64,000 nt of DNA, taken from the NCBI GenBank assembly GCA_045159875.1, contig CP067995.1:2112001-2176000 (forward strand), written 5' to 3'. Positions 23,648-35,320 of the stretch are shown piece after piece. The stretch's first letter is position 1, and each line of letters opens with the position of its first letter. The notes beneath the pieces are model-generated. The model was not told the DNA's origin. It ran no database searches and saw only the letters and a list, made by a program, of their open reading frames with translations. Both the position numbers and the translations under genes were made by a program. The stretch is from a cyanobacterium endosymbiont of Rhopalodia gibba. Lineage in GTDB: Bacteria > Cyanobacteriota > Cyanobacteriia > Cyanobacteriales > Microcystaceae.

Positions 23648-24355
23648 TTATTCCACAACAGGAGGTAATTCCTCAACAGCAAGTTCAGGACCACCAATCC
23701 CTTCGGCAATACCGCCAGAAACACCAATTTTGAACTGGGTTAGGGTTGTAGCTGCTTGCTGTGCGTTTTCAGGCTTGAGGGTGAAAATTACGTTTCTAGT
23801 GGACGCATTTTCGGGATCATGAGAAAGGAAAATCACCCGTTCTCCATTGACTTTCCCTACTAAGCTAGATTCGCTGAGTTGTGCTACCTGTTCGGGGGTA
23901 ACTAAACCAAAGGCGTAGGAAAGATTGGTTAAGCGAGCACTAACAGTCTGACAACGACTTTCAGGAATGTAAGCTCCATCAGGATGGCTGGAAGGCAGGG
24001 TTGCTGTCCAAACCATCATGGGCTGGCTATCCAGACCGTACTCAGCAGAAATATCCTCCGTGGTATAAACAGGGTAGTGATCAGGATCCATTGTTTCCCG
24101 TACTGCTTTTTCCACAGTTACGTAGCTTCCATCCCCTTGAGCTTCACAGGTAAAAACAACCTTTTCTTGAATATGGGGAATCACTGCGCGGTTGCTGTCC
24201 CAATCTACACTAGAAGGAAATCCTTCTGAGACCATGTTGTACTGGGGATATTTAGGATGAGCTTGGGCTCCAGAAATTGTGCTTAGTAAACCAAGAGTGG
24301 CTAATGCACTTGCCGCAACAACTTGAACTGAATTGTTAACCATTTTGACCTCCAA
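23648..24355 (-). CDS. COP23 (circadian oscillating protein)-domain exported protein
   Basis: Signal peptide (..GAQA), FTC, PESRCQTVSARL, GKVNGERVI and VIFTLKP motifs; GGAGG RBS favours a start at MVNNS. Confidence 0.75.
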   Translation of the reverse strand: MEVKMVNNSVQVVAASALATLGLLSTISGAQAHPKYPQYNMVSEGFPSSVDWDSNRAVIPHIQEKVVFTCEAQGDGSYVTVEKAVRETMDPDHYPVYTTEDISAEYGLDSQPMMVWTATLPSSHPDGAYIPESRCQTVSARLTNLSYAFGLVTPEQVAQLSESSLVGKVNGERVIFLSHDPENASTRNVIFTLKPENAQQAATTLTQFKIGVSGGIAEGIGGPELAVEELPPVVE

Positions 24356-24753
24356 AGAGTGTAAGAAGCAGTGATTAATAGCTACTGCTATATTTTTATA
24401 GAACTTCCCATTAGCTAAAAGGCCTCAGGATAGTTCCACTTCCTCACCTCACACATGACATCGTACAGGTCGTCAATCGTCGCGCTTTAACCTACGCGCC
24501 TTGTCTATAACTATAGACATCCTAACCTTATCATTATGTTCAAAGCTTACAGTTATAGCATTATTTTACAATTGAGTTAAGCAACTAAAATTTTCCTTCT
24601 TGAATCAATTACTATAACTAATTAAGTAATCCAAGATCGGATGCTAGTGCACAGAAAATAGATCACTTAAAAAATTAATATTGACTTTAAAATTCAAGAG
24701 AAAGAAGATAGAATTTAGAAGTTAAATTGATTTCAAGCTGTTAGAGAAATCTT

Positions 24754-25416
24754 ATGAAAGCTAAAACTGAGAAATTAGTCATTTATCAAGGACAATTTGG
24801 GAAATTTACTGTTACTCAAAATGATCGCGCAGAGGTCGTTATCTATCGTTTGGGGTTATGTTTAGCGTCCTTTAACTTTGCGATTGCTACTCTGTTAGTA
24901 TTGATCATTGGAGAACAACTCTGGGTACTAAACTTGCTAACCCTATTATTTGTAATGTTTTCACTGGGATTAGGAATTAGTTTAGCAACTATTCACATTT
25001 ATCTCCGTCCTCTCCATCGACTATTACAGGTATTTTGGATAATTGGGACAATCACGGCATTAATCATCGCCTGGCAAAGTTCTGAGCCTCTAGCCTTATT
25101 TGTCTACAATCATCCTTCAACCTTATTCGGTATTGGTTTTACGTTTGCTGCTTTAACAGGAATCTTCTTCAAAGAAGCCTTTTGTTTTAATCGTTTAGAA
25201 ACCAAATTTCTGACCTTTTTAGTTCCCAGTCTCTTGTTAGGACATTTAATAGGAATTCTACCGGTTGGGGTAGAAGCAGTATTCTTAGCTAGTTGGGGAT
25301 TGTTATTTGTTATTTTTAGTTCACGTAAAGCGATTCAAGCTATTCCCCCCGATATTGGTGATAAATCTGTATTCACCCATCTTGAACAACAACGTTCTAT
25401 ATCACTATCATCGTAA
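24754..25416 (+). CDS. DUF2301-family integral membrane protein
   Basis: YQGQFGKF...EVVIYR.GL, IHIYLRPLHRLLQ, FFKEAFCFNRLE and DIGDKSVF. Confidence 0.88.
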   Translation: MKAKTEKLVIYQGQFGKFTVTQNDRAEVVIYRLGLCLASFNFAIATLLVLIIGEQLWVLNLLTLLFVMFSLGLGISLATIHIYLRPLHRLLQVFWIIGTITALIIAWQSSEPLALFVYNHPSTLFGIGFTFAALTGIFFKEAFCFNRLETKFLTFLVPSLLLGHLIGILPVGVEAVFLASWGLLFVIFSSRKAIQAIPPDIGDKSVFTHLEQQRSISLSS

Positions 25417-26127
25417 TGAATTGGTTAGGGATTAGGTTAACTTTTTAAATCTTCAGATTTTTCTACCCTTAAACAACTATCAGTATTATTTCAGATATAA
25501 ACAAAAAACTTCAGTGAACATCAACTTTTTAAGGCTGATACTTGGTTATATTGCCAATGATATTTAAATTTTATGAAGGTAATCTCTGTGAAATTCCATC
25601 GTTAAAGCCAACAAAACTGCTACTTCAGCTATGGCGGTTAAAGACTTATTATCTTAGTTGAATTTAGAGATTGTGAGGGTAATTTTTTGTTGTTATCAAG
25701 TTTATACTTGACGCATTTATCCTACCGATACCAACAAAACATAAAGATAAATAGCTTTATCTTATACATGTTATATTTTGCAATTAACCTTAAAGATAAG
25801 ATGTCAAGCGGATAGGACAAGTATATAAATAGACAATTTATTGAAATTATCTCAAATTTTCATTAAGAATAATGATCAGGTCCAATTCAAGACTTTGAAT
25901 CATAAGCCCACTGGTTACAGAAGTTGTTTTAGTAGCTTTATGCTACCATGACTGAGTCTTAAATCTAAGTTTTCATAACTGGGGTGCAAACATGTTTTTA
26001 AAAGCTTACAACAGCAACTTTTCAGTCCATGGCAGTCTCAACTTTGATTGATTGGTCCTTATGAAAAATCGGAATTGGAAGAAATAATAGGGAAAATATT
26101 TTAAAGGGTAAAAGTGAGTGTAACAAT

Positions 26128-26976
26128 TTACCTTTGACATTGCGGACAGAAGTGAGCAGAACGTCCTCCTAATTTTAAGCGTTCAATGTCCATTCCACAA
26201 ACTCGACAGGATTCCCCGGTGCGACCATAAACCCAGGCAACCTTTCCATAATTACCATTGATTCCCGTCACTCCTCGAAAATCACTAAAGGTTGTTCCTC
26301 CTTTGTCGATAGCCTCTTTCAATACTTCAACAATTGATATTCTTAGCTTTTGGAGTTGTTTACGGTTTAAATTTTTAGCCATTATAGTCGGTCGAATACC
26401 ACTCTTAAACAATGCTTCATCTGCATAAATATTTCCTAATCCTGCCACAATCCTTTGATCCAATAACAAGCTTTTAATATTGCGTCGACTAATTCTTAAT
26501 TTTTCGGTTAAATAACCTAAAGAGAATTTTTCAGAAAAAGGTTCAGGACCTAATTTTTTTAACCCCGTAATAATTATTTCTGGGTTTTGGTTTGGGGGGA
26601 CCAACCATAGTTTGCCAAAAGTGCGAATATCAACAAAACGTAACTCTCGACCTTTACCACAAAACAAACGTAAACGCGTATGTGTTTGTAGGGGTTCAAG
26701 GTGATTCAACCATAATAACTGACCGGTCATTCGTAGATGAACGCCTAAAAAACCTCCATTTTCGCCTGACCCTTTTCTCAATCTTCCTAATAAATATTTT
26801 CCTCGTCGCTCCCACCCATTAAAGGTGACATTAGTAATATTAGTCAAAAACTCCGCAACTGATAAAGGATAAGCGAGAGTACGATCCAGTAATACTTCGC
26901 CACCTTGTATTGTTGTTCCTAAAGTTAGCCTATTAAGACCTTGACGAACAGTTTCTACTTCAGGAAGTTCTGGCAC
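26128..26976 (-). CDS. mutM: Formamidopyrimidine-DNA glycosylase
   Basis: PELPEVE, RRGKYL, HLRMTG, GLGNIYADE and C-terminal C4 zinc finger. Confidence 0.97.
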   Translation of the reverse strand: MPELPEVETVRQGLNRLTLGTTIQGGEVLLDRTLAYPLSVAEFLTNITNVTFNGWERRGKYLLGRLRKGSGENGGFLGVHLRMTGQLLWLNHLEPLQTHTRLRLFCGKGRELRFVDIRTFGKLWLVPPNQNPEIIITGLKKLGPEPFSEKFSLGYLTEKLRISRRNIKSLLLDQRIVAGLGNIYADEALFKSGIRPTIMAKNLNRKQLQKLRISIVEVLKEAIDKGGTTFSDFRGVTGINGNYGKVAWVYGRTGESCRVCGMDIERLKLGGRSAHFCPQCQR

Positions 26977-27265
26977 AACTTTATCCTAAACATTTATGGT
27001 TGACAACAATCATAAGTATTTTTTTTACTCATCAAAATTTCTCTATTTCTATCCTTACCTCCAAAAGTTTGCCCTAAAAAATACTTATCAAGAAAAAACA
27101 GTTTTATGCTTAAGGAGTTAATTAGAGAACCGGGTAATTACAGCACAACATTATCAGTTAAAAACAACCTGAATTGGTTATGGTGCCTCGAAGAATTCCT
27201 CATCTCTAGTGAAAGGAGTGTAAAAACGAGTACCCTTTCATGATATCATTGCTGACAGTTCGCTA

Positions 27266-27733
27266 TTGGCTTCATGGATTGATTCTAATAGCTTCACTTG
27301 TCTAAGCACTATGCCCGTAATTGATCGTCAGACCCCGACGGCTAAAACCGTTTCCCCCTCAGTTGATCCCATGAGAGATTACTATCAATTACAACGCACT
27401 TTGTTGTTGTTGAGTTTATCTTTGACCGGGATTATTTTTGTCTGTGTCTGGACTGCCTATTCCCTAGATACAGCTCTTAACTACTTAATAGGAGCTTCTG
27501 TCGGCATTGTTTATTTAAAACTATTAGCCGGGGACATAGCAAAACTAGGTTTAGTCAACAAACGGATGGGAACTAGAGGTATGGGGTTATTTGTGATTTT
27601 AATCGTTGTGGCTAGTCAATGGCAGAAAATGCACATCCTCCCAGTTTTTCTGGGATTTTTAACTTATAAGTTCGCCATAATCGTCTATATGCTCACAAGT
27701 GTTTTAACACCGGAATCTGAGCCAAGGCATTAG
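27266..27733 (+). CDS. atpI: ATP synthase protein I (cyanobacterial atp1); true start possibly 27311
   Basis: Hydrophobic, DYYQLQ..LL and LPVFLGFLTYK motifs; first gene of the atp operon. Confidence 0.9.
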   Translation: MASWIDSNSFTCLSTMPVIDRQTPTAKTVSPSVDPMRDYYQLQRTLLLLSLSLTGIIFVCVWTAYSLDTALNYLIGASVGIVYLKLLAGDIAKLGLVNKRMGTRGMGLFVILIVVASQWQKMHILPVFLGFLTYKFAIIVYMLTSVLTPESEPRH

Positions 27734-27789
27734 GGCATCGAGGAAATTAACCATTCTCGTATTTTGATTAAGTAAATAAATCTCACCGA

Positions 27790-28533
27790 ATGACAATGTT
27801 AGATGGTTTGAGTTTTGTACAAACATTTCCTCTTGCTTCATTAGAAGTCGGTCAACATTGGTACTGGGAAATTGGTAACTACCGGGTACATGGACAAGTA
27901 TTCATGACCTCTTGGTTCGTAATTAGCCTCTTGGTGATCGCATCCTTAGCTGCCACTAAAAACGTGCAACGCATCCCCAGTGGAATGCAAAATTTCATGG
28001 AGTATGTCCTAGAATTTTTGCGAGACTTGGCTAAAAATCAATTAGGAGAGAAGGAATATCGGCCTTGGTTACCTTTCATTGGAACCTTGTTTTTATTTAT
28101 CTTTGTTTCCAACTGGTCAGGTGCGTTAGTTCCTTGGGGGTTAATTGAACTACCAGAAGGAGAATTAGCGGCTCCTACCAACGATATCAATACCACTGTT
28201 GCTTTAGCACTACTAACTTCTCTAGCGTACTTCTACGCTGGTTTAAGCAAGAAAGGATTGAGCTATTTTTCTCATTATGTAGAGCCAATTCCTGTTCTCT
28301 TACCAATTAAAATCTTAGAAGATTTCACCAAGCCTTTATCACTAAGCTTCCGTTTGTTTGGAAACATCCTCGCTGATGAATTAGTGGTGGCGGTATTGGT
28401 CTTCTTAGTCCCTTTATTCATTCCCTTACCTATTATGGCCTTGGGGTTATTCACAAGTGCGATCCAGGCCTTAGTGTTTGCCACGTTAGCGGGGGCCTAC
28501 ATTCATGAGGCGATCGAAGAAGGAGAACATTAA
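27790..28533 (+). CDS. atpB: ATP synthase F0 subunit a
   Basis: [17 protein letters not shown] and [14 protein letters not shown]. Confidence 0.98.
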   Translation: MTMLDGLSFVQTFPLASLEVGQHWYWEIGNYRVHGQVFMTSWFVISLLVIASLAATKNVQRIPSGMQNFMEYVLEFLRDLAKNQLGEKEYRPWLPFIGTLFLFIFVSNWSGALVPWGLIELPEGELAAPTNDINTTVALALLTSLAYFYAGLSKKGLSYFSHYVEPIPVLLPIKILEDFTKPLSLSFRLFGNILADELVVAVLVFLVPLFIPLPIMALGLFTSAIQALVFATLAGAYIHEAIEEGEH

Positions 28534-28812
28534 TCCTTATAAGGGATAAGGCAATGATTGAGCGTCGTAAATTGAATCTTAGGATCTGTTATTGAAATAT
28601 GCCCAAAACATAGGACAATATCAGATGGGTTCATTTTTACAATTCAACATCGAGAATTGCTGAACTCTTCAAGCACATAGGGGTTGACTAGTGGGGATTT
28701 TTTCCTCGAGAATCAAAGAGCACTCCGCCGTACGACGATGGAGCCGGCTCTAACCTTCGGTCAATAACTATTCATTGCTTGGGAACGTCACCCTCCGTGG
28801 TTGTTAATCTAG

Positions 28813-29103
<291 letters not shown>

Positions 29104-29106
<3 letters not shown>

Positions 29107-29320
29107 GCGGTTTTGAAACAGTAGAGACGCGCGCTGTGTGAAGGCAAAAAGTGAAAAGAGACGATACAAGCCTTACTATTTTTACTAATGTCAACTCAGA
29201 CAATATTAGGTGTAGTAAATCAAGAAAAGTTTGTATTAACTTGGTCACTCGCGACTTCAATCATTGTCTCGTCTCTACTGATTCCTCCACCACACCAACC
29301 AAAGATTCGTTAGCCGCTTA
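29104..29320 (+). promoter_or_regulatory. Nested long-range stems between the subunit c and b' genes (putative mRNA stabilising/processing structure)
   Basis: cagtagagacg (29119-29129) pairs with cgtctctactg (29270-29280); taagcgg (29104-29110) pairs with ccgctta (29314-29320). Confidence 0.5.
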
Positions 29321-29364
29321 GATCTTTTTTGTTTTGACTGAAACATTAATGGGAACTGCAAAAA

Positions 29365-29796
29365 ATGTTTGATTTTGATGCAACTATGCCTTTAATGGCT
29401 TTGCAATTTGTCCTCTTGGCAGTTGTCCTCAACGGGATTTTTTACAAACCCTTGAATAGGGCATTAGACGAGCGAGCAGATTATATTCGTCAGAAAGAAA
29501 CTGATGAAAAAAAGCGTTTAGCTAAAGCTAAGGAGTTGTCCCTAGAATATGAAGCGCAGCTTGCTGATGCGCGTAAGCGGTCTCAAGAAATAATCACACA
29601 AGCTCAGGCTGACGCACAAAAAATTGCAGCCAAAGCTTTAGCTAATGCTCAACAAAAAGCCCAAGAGGAAAAAGAGAAAGTCGCCCAAGAAATTATCCAA
29701 CAACGCCAAGAAGCATTGGGTGTTCTAGAACAACAGGTTGATATTCTAAGCCGTCAAATTCTAGAAAAACTTCTAGGTCCTGAATTTGTAAATTAA
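29365..29796 (+). CDS. atpF2: ATP synthase F0 subunit b' (cyanobacterial atpG)
   Basis: [16 protein letters not shown]-terminus; operon position. Confidence 0.96.
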   Translation: MFDFDATMPLMALQFVLLAVVLNGIFYKPLNRALDERADYIRQKETDEKKRLAKAKELSLEYEAQLADARKRSQEIITQAQADAQKIAAKALANAQQKAQEEKEKVAQEIIQQRQEALGVLEQQVDILSRQILEKLLGPEFVN

Positions 29797-29833
29797 ATCT
29801 GCCATCGATTGAGTTTTCACTAGCAAAATACGT

Positions 29834-30370
29834 ATGATCGATTCTTTTTTTATATTAGCTACAGAAGCCCATAAGGCGGGTCGAAGTGGGTTCGGCTTAG
29901 ATTTTAACCTTCTAGAAACGAACCTTCTTAATCTTGCTATTCTCGTTGGGGTGTTGGTATTCTACGGCAGCAAAGTTTTGAAAAAGGTCCTAAATGAGCG
30001 GCGATTGCAGATTGCTGATGCTATTCAAGAAGCTGAGGAGCGCCAACGCAAAGCAGCCACTGCTTTGGGAAAGGAACAGCAGAAACTAACGCAAGCTCAA
30101 GCTGAAGCTGAACGAATTTATCAAAGGGCTAAAGATAGCGCTGCTGCTCTAGCTAAGGAAATTGCTGTAAAAAGTAAGCAAGACATAGAGCGTCTTAAAG
30201 AAACAGCTGCAGCTGACCTTAGTGGTGAGCAAGAACGAGTTATTGCTCAATTGACAAAACAAATTGCTCAAATGGCTCTCAATAAAGCGGAAAGCCAACT
30301 TAAAGAACAGGTCAATGAGGATATGCAACACCTCCTAATTGACCGTAGTATCGCTCAATTAGGAGGTTAA
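29834..30370 (+). CDS. atpF: ATP synthase F0 subunit b
   Basis: GFGLDFNLLETNLLNLAI; operon position. Confidence 0.96.
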   Translation: MIDSFFILATEAHKAGRSGFGLDFNLLETNLLNLAILVGVLVFYGSKVLKKVLNERRLQIADAIQEAEERQRKAATALGKEQQKLTQAQAEAERIYQRAKDSAAALAKEIAVKSKQDIERLKETAAADLSGEQERVIAQLTKQIAQMALNKAESQLKEQVNEDMQHLLIDRSIAQLGG

Positions 30371-30373
30371 TTA

Positions 30374-30931
30374 ATGAAAGGTTCCCTCATTAGTACTGCG
30401 ATTGCTGAACCTTACGCTCAGGCGTTAATGTCAGTGGCTTTAAGCCACGATCTCACCGATCTCTTTGGGAAAGAATGCCGTTCTTTAGTTACCTTATTAG
30501 AAGAGTCCCCTGATTTAGAAGCATTTATTGCCTCCCCAGTGATCAAAGAAATAGATAAAAAAACTGTTTTGGGACAAATCATGGGAGAAGGAGCTAATTT
30601 TTATCTACTCAATTTTTTGATGTTGTTGATAGATAAACGGCGGATTATTTTTCTTAAAAAGATTTGTCAGCAATATCTTACGCTATTGCGGAAGTTGACT
30701 AATACCGTTTTAGCCGAAGTTACTTCAGCCAAAGAATTGAGCAGCGAACAAAGTGAGTCTGTAGCCAATAAAGTTGAAGAACTTACTGGTGCGCAAGGCG
30801 TGGAAATCAAAACGAGAATTGATCCTGAGTTGATTGGGGGTGTTACTATCAAAGTAGGGTCTCAAGTCTTTGATGCCAGCCTTCGAGGAAAACTACGCCG
30901 TGTTAGTCTTAGCCTAGGTGGTATCGCTTAG
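30374..30931 (+). CDS. atpH: ATP synthase F1 subunit delta (cyanobacterial atpD)
   Basis: EPYAQALM and [22 protein letters not shown]. Confidence 0.97.
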   Translation: MKGSLISTAIAEPYAQALMSVALSHDLTDLFGKECRSLVTLLEESPDLEAFIASPVIKEIDKKTVLGQIMGEGANFYLLNFLMLLIDKRRIIFLKKICQQYLTLLRKLTNTVLAEVTSAKELSSEQSESVANKVEELTGAQGVEIKTRIDPELIGGVTIKVGSQVFDASLRGKLRRVSLSLGGIA

Positions 30932-30979
30932 GTTACTTGTGTTTTATTGTATCCATTCGACTTTTAGAACAACTTAACT

Positions 30980-32491
30980 ATGGTTAGCATTAGACCCGAC
31001 GAAATTAGCAGTATTATTCGCCAACAAATTGAATCCTACGATCAAACTGTAACGGTTTCTAACGTGGGAACAGTGCTTCAAGTAGGAGATGGAACGGCCC
31101 GTATTTATGGCTTAGAACAAGCTATGGCTGGAGAACTTCTTGAATTTGAAGATGGAACTATCGGAATTGCTCTCAACCTTGAAGAAGATAACGTTGGGGC
31201 CGTATTAATGGGAACCGGTCTCGATATCCAAGAAGGGAGTACCGTCAAAGCTACCGGAAAAATTGCCCAAGTTCCCGTAGGGGAAGCAATGATAGGACGA
31301 GTGGTTGATTCCCTAGGTCGCCCTATTGATGGTAAAGGGGATATCAATACTTCTGAAACTCGTCTAATCGAATCGATGGCCCCTGGGATTGTTGCTCGTA
31401 AATCCGTTTGTGAGCCTATGCAAACAGGGATTACAGCTATTGATGCGATGATTCCTGTGGGACGGGGACAACGGGAATTGATTATCGGTGATCGTAAAAC
31501 TGGAAAAACGGCAATTGCGATTGATACCATTATTAATCAGAAGTCCGAAGATGTAATCTGCGTCTATGTAGCGATTGGACAAAAAGCGTCTACTGTCGCT
31601 CAGGTGATAAGAACCCTCGAAGACAATGGTGCGATGGACTATACCATAGTCGTTGCCGCTAACGCAAATGATCCAGCTACATTACAGTATCTTGCCCCCT
31701 ATACAGGAGCTACCCTCGCTGAATACTTTATGTATAGGGGGAAGGCTACCTTGATCATTTACGATGACCTCTCCAAACAAGCTCAGGCTTACCGTCAGTT
31801 ATCTTTGTTACTAAGACGTCCTCCTGGTCGTGAAGCTTATCCTGGAGACGTATTCTATATCCACTCTCGCTTATTAGAACGTGCTGCAAAACTTAGCGAT
31901 AAGCTAGGTGGGGGTAGTATGACAGCGTTACCCGTGATTGAAACCCAAGCAGGTGACGTTTCTGCTTACATTCCTACTAACGTAATTTCCATCACTGACG
32001 GACAGATTTTCCTTTCTAGCGACTTGTTTAATTCAGGTTTTCGTCCCGCTATCAACGCAGGGATTTCGGTAAGTAGAGTAGGATCTGCGGCTCAGACCAA
32101 GGCTATGAAAAAGGTTGCCGGTAAATTGAAGCTAGAATTGGCACAATTTGCTGAATTGGAAGCCTTCTCTCAGTTTGCCTCTGACTTAGATGCCGCCACT
32201 CAGTCTCAACTGTCACGGGGTCAACGGTTACGTGAAGTATTGAAGCAACCTGAAAATTCTCCTTTAGCAGTGTGGGAACAGGTGGCAATTTCTTATGCCG
32301 GGTTAAATGGTTATCTTGATGAAATTGCTGTGGAGAAGGTAACTGAATTTACCATGGGACTACGGAACTATATTAAAACCAGTAAAGCTAAATTTACTGA
32401 GATCGTTGGAACTGAGAAACAACTTACCGATGAAGCAGAAAGCCTCCTCAAAGAAGCTATTGAGGAATATAAACAGGCCTTTGCAGCGTAA
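30980..32491 (+). CDS. atpA: ATP synthase F1 subunit alpha
   Basis: GDRKTGKT Walker A and [13 protein letters not shown]. Confidence 0.99.
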   Translation: MVSIRPDEISSIIRQQIESYDQTVTVSNVGTVLQVGDGTARIYGLEQAMAGELLEFEDGTIGIALNLEEDNVGAVLMGTGLDIQEGSTVKATGKIAQVPVGEAMIGRVVDSLGRPIDGKGDINTSETRLIESMAPGIVARKSVCEPMQTGITAIDAMIPVGRGQRELIIGDRKTGKTAIAIDTIINQKSEDVICVYVAIGQKASTVAQVIRTLEDNGAMDYTIVVAANANDPATLQYLAPYTGATLAEYFMYRGKATLIIYDDLSKQAQAYRQLSLLLRRPPGREAYPGDVFYIHSRLLERAAKLSDKLGGGSMTALPVIETQAGDVSAYIPTNVISITDGQIFLSSDLFNSGFRPAINAGISVSRVGSAAQTKAMKKVAGKLKLELAQFAELEAFSQFASDLDAATQSQLSRGQRLREVLKQPENSPLAVWEQVAISYAGLNGYLDEIAVEKVTEFTMGLRNYIKTSKAKFTEIVGTEKQLTDEAESLLKEAIEEYKQAFAA

Positions 32492-32505
32492 TTTACCATA
32501 AGTCA

Positions 32506-32548
32506 GTGGTTAGTCATTTCCTCACGAACGAGAAGGAAGGCTAACCAC
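32506..32548 (+). promoter_or_regulatory. Stem-loop in the alpha-gamma intergenic region
   Basis: gtggttagtc...ggctaaccac with an inner ttcct/aggaa stem. Confidence 0.5.
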
Positions 32549-32585
32549 CCACGACCCCTTATGAATAATTAATCAAAAAAAAAAT

Positions 32586-33530
32586 ATGCCTAACCTCAAA
32601 GCTATCCGTGATCGGATTAAATCTGTCAAAAATACGAAAAAAATTACCGAGGCTATGCGCCTGGTGGCTGCCGCTAAGGTTCGCCGCGCTCAAGAACAGG
32701 TAATGTCTACTCGTCCCTTTGCTGATAATTTAGCCAATGTTCTTTATAATTTGCTCAACCGTCTCAAGTATGAGGATGTCAGTTTACCTCTATTGCAACA
32801 AAGACAGGTAAAAACTGTAGCTGTAGTTGTTGTCTCAGGTGATCGTGGGTTATGTGGTGGATACAACTCTTATGTCATTCGTCGCGCAGAACAACGCCAA
32901 AAAGAATTAGAAGCTCAAGGACTTGATTATTGTTTCGTCACCATTGGACGCAAAGCGACTCAATATTTTTCTCGTCGCGAGGTCCCCATTCTAACCAAGT
33001 ATACGGGATTAAACCAAATTCCTACAGCTGATGAAGCTGTATCTATTGCTGACGAGTTACTATCTCTATTTTTGTCAGAAACAGTTGATAGAGTAGAGTT
33101 GATTTACACTCGTTTTGTTTCTTTGATCAGTTCTCGTCCCGTAATTCAAACTTTGCTACCTTTGACTCTTCAGGGATTGGAAGTTGAAGATGATGAAATC
33201 TTCCGCTTGATTACCCGCGAAGGGAAATTAAGCATAGAAAGGGAAACGATTATTCAAGAGCTCGAGAGCTTTCCTCAAGATATGATTTTTGAACAAGATC
33301 CCCTACAAATTCTTGATTCCTTGTTACCTCTGTATATCAACAACCAATTACTCAGAGGATTAGAAGAAGCGTCGGCGAGTGAATTAGCAGCTCGAATGAC
33401 AGCGATGAGTAACGCGAGTGATAATGCTGGTCAGCTAATCCTTAATCTTACTCTATCGTACAACAAAGCGCGTCAAGCAGCAATTACTCAACAGCTAATG
33501 GAGGTGGTTGCTGGTTCTAATGCTTTGTAG
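32586..33530 (+). CDS. atpG: ATP synthase F1 subunit gamma (cyanobacterial atpC)
   Basis: [24 protein letters not shown] and [11 protein letters not shown]. Confidence 0.98.
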   Translation: MPNLKAIRDRIKSVKNTKKITEAMRLVAAAKVRRAQEQVMSTRPFADNLANVLYNLLNRLKYEDVSLPLLQQRQVKTVAVVVVSGDRGLCGGYNSYVIRRAEQRQKELEAQGLDYCFVTIGRKATQYFSRREVPILTKYTGLNQIPTADEAVSIADELLSLFLSETVDRVELIYTRFVSLISSRPVIQTLLPLTLQGLEVEDDEIFRLITREGKLSIERETIIQELESFPQDMIFEQDPLQILDSLLPLYINNQLLRGLEEASASELAARMTAMSNASDNAGQLILNLTLSYNKARQAAITQQLMEVVAGSNAL

Positions 33531-33564
33531 AAATTAATTATCAGAACAATTGAACGATCTTTCG

Positions 33565-33598
33565 AGCGTTTAGAAAATTTTCTAGACGCTTGCTTTTT
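33565..33598 (+). terminator. Probable terminator of the atp operon
   Basis: agcgtttagaaaa/ttttctagacgct near-palindrome followed by a T-run. Confidence 0.6.
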
Positions 33599-33674
33599 AA
33601 AATGGAAGAAACGCCTTTGATGTCCTGTCTATCTTAGTGCTAGAATATTTTTAGTTGTCTAGGTTGACAATGAT

Positions 33675-34573
33675 ATGCAGAGCATATCGCTATATAATTT
33701 ATCCCGATCCCGAGCAAAAGTAGGCACTAGTTCAAACCTTTGAGTGATGTCAGTAGTGTTGAAACTATTCATTTTTTAGACTGACTTATAAAAATTGTTA
33801 AAAGACAGGTGAGGAGCTATTGAGGGAGCTGTTCGAAGTCTTTTTTAAGTCTTAACAAAAGACTATCCTTAGCTGAGTGATATTTCTTTTCGGTGCTTAT
33901 TAGTATTTACAAGTTGTGGCTTTAGGTCTGTCGTCTGTCCAATATATCTTTGACAAAAGAGAAAAATCACTAAAGTAAAAAGATTTATCTTACAAGTACA
34001 AAGAGAGTACACCTGTCAAAAGAAGGTTAGTTGCCAAAGTCTACTTCATAATCTTTAGATGTAGAGTAGATTTTCTGCACAAACTACTATATAGTATAAT
34101 CAATAAAAACCAAGTGATTGCTGTAAAAAAAACGACATAAAAAGCATGAGAAGAAACTAAAACCAATTTAACGCTGTTAATAATTGTAGTTGGGTCAAGT
34201 TCTGTGCAACTATGTGCAATACTTAGGTATAAAGCAGAGAATAAAGAGAAGATTTACATTGAAACTGACAGTGACAGATTTTTCTCCAGTTATTAAGACC
34301 CATAACAGCTGTATAAATAAATCAAGTAAGCAGATTGCCTCTTAATTTTGGGAATTGGATTTGCAAATGTTACAAAACCAATTATGATTGTGATGTTAAC
34401 ACATCAATAAACGTAGAAAATCAAGTCTTACGGACATTGTCACCAGGGAGTAGCGATGTTTTCTCAGGGAAGTGTAAGACGAACAGGGATTAAGATTTAT
34501 TACCTCTTAGACGCAACGTTCAATGAAGTTAGAAGCTTCAAATATAATCTTTAATCTGGATGGGGTAATTTAC
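33675..34573 (+). mobile_element. tnpB: IS200/IS605-family tnpB remnant (internally deleted) with degenerate right end
   Basis: RAYRYIIYPDPEQK*ALVQTFE; RVDFLHKL...KNQVIAV; LRYKAENKEKIYIE..DRFFSS; degenerate Zn-finger/DRDVN region; 3' end gaagcttcaaatataatc...ggggtaatttac resembles an IS605 right end. Confidence 0.85.
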
Positions 34574-34620
34574 GTCACAATATACAATATAAAGGGATAG
34601 TCCTTAAGAGAAAAACAATT

Positions 34621-35301
34621 ATGACTGTAGTAAATTCAGAAATTGACATTGCCAGTTATATTGATCATAGCTTACTCAGTCCTACAGGAATTGCCCAAGA
34701 AGTGGAACAGTATTGTCAACAGGCTAATCAATTTGGCTTTCCCACTGTCTGTGTATATCCCTCAATGGTACGTAAAGCAACCGAATTACTTCAAGGGAAG
34801 CAAACCCAAGTTTGTACAGTAATTGGCTTTCCTACAGGGGCAAGCACCTCAGCTGTTAAACTTTATGAAGCCAAAGAAGCAGTAGAGAATGGGGCAACGG
34901 AACTCGATGTAGTGATCAACTTGGGATGGGTAAAAACTGGACTATCTAATAAAATTTATCAAGAAATTGCTGAAATTTGTACAGAAACAAGACAAACAGT
35001 TAAAGTTGTTCTCGAAACCAATTTATTGACGGATACAGAAAAGCGACTTGCTGCCGAAATTTGTATGGATGGAGGAGCAAGTTATTTAAAGACTAGTACT
35101 GGATGGTTTGGAGGAGCAACAGTCGCTGATGTAAGTTATCTTAACCAACTAACTAGAGGACGAGTAGGTATTAAAGCTTCTGGGGGTATTCGGACTCTGG
35201 AACAAGCTTTAGCCCTAATCGAAGCGGGGGCAACTCGTTTAGGAACTTCTCATGGAGTCGACTTAGTGAGACAACAACGTGAGCCAGTCCGAAATATTTA
35301 G
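34621..35301 (+). CDS. deoC: Deoxyribose-phosphate aldolase
   Basis: [28 protein letters not shown] and GATRLGTS. Confidence 0.96.
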   Translation: MTVVNSEIDIASYIDHSLLSPTGIAQEVEQYCQQANQFGFPTVCVYPSMVRKATELLQGKQTQVCTVIGFPTGASTSAVKLYEAKEAVENGATELDVVINLGWVKTGLSNKIYQEIAEICTETRQTVKVVLETNLLTDTEKRLAAEICMDGGASYLKTSTGWFGGATVADVSYLNQLTRGRVGIKASGGIRTLEQALALIEAGATRLGTSHGVDLVRQQREPVRNI

Positions 35302-35320
35302 GGAATTTTAAGAAAAGCTA

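Noticed and set aside
25920..26031. Minus-strand MD*KVAVVS resembling the PsbY N-terminus
   Set aside because: Only about 9 residues are similar and the remainder does not match.
26977..27265. Expected psaE remnant upstream of mutM
   Set aside because: No PsaE-like translation found; the region looks like a divergent promoter spacer.
31105..32288. Antisense ORFs within atpA (and similar ones in atpB, atpF, pdhC, purH, the PBP gene, cysK, mutM and the NHL gene)
   Set aside because: Shadow ORFs of conserved genes.
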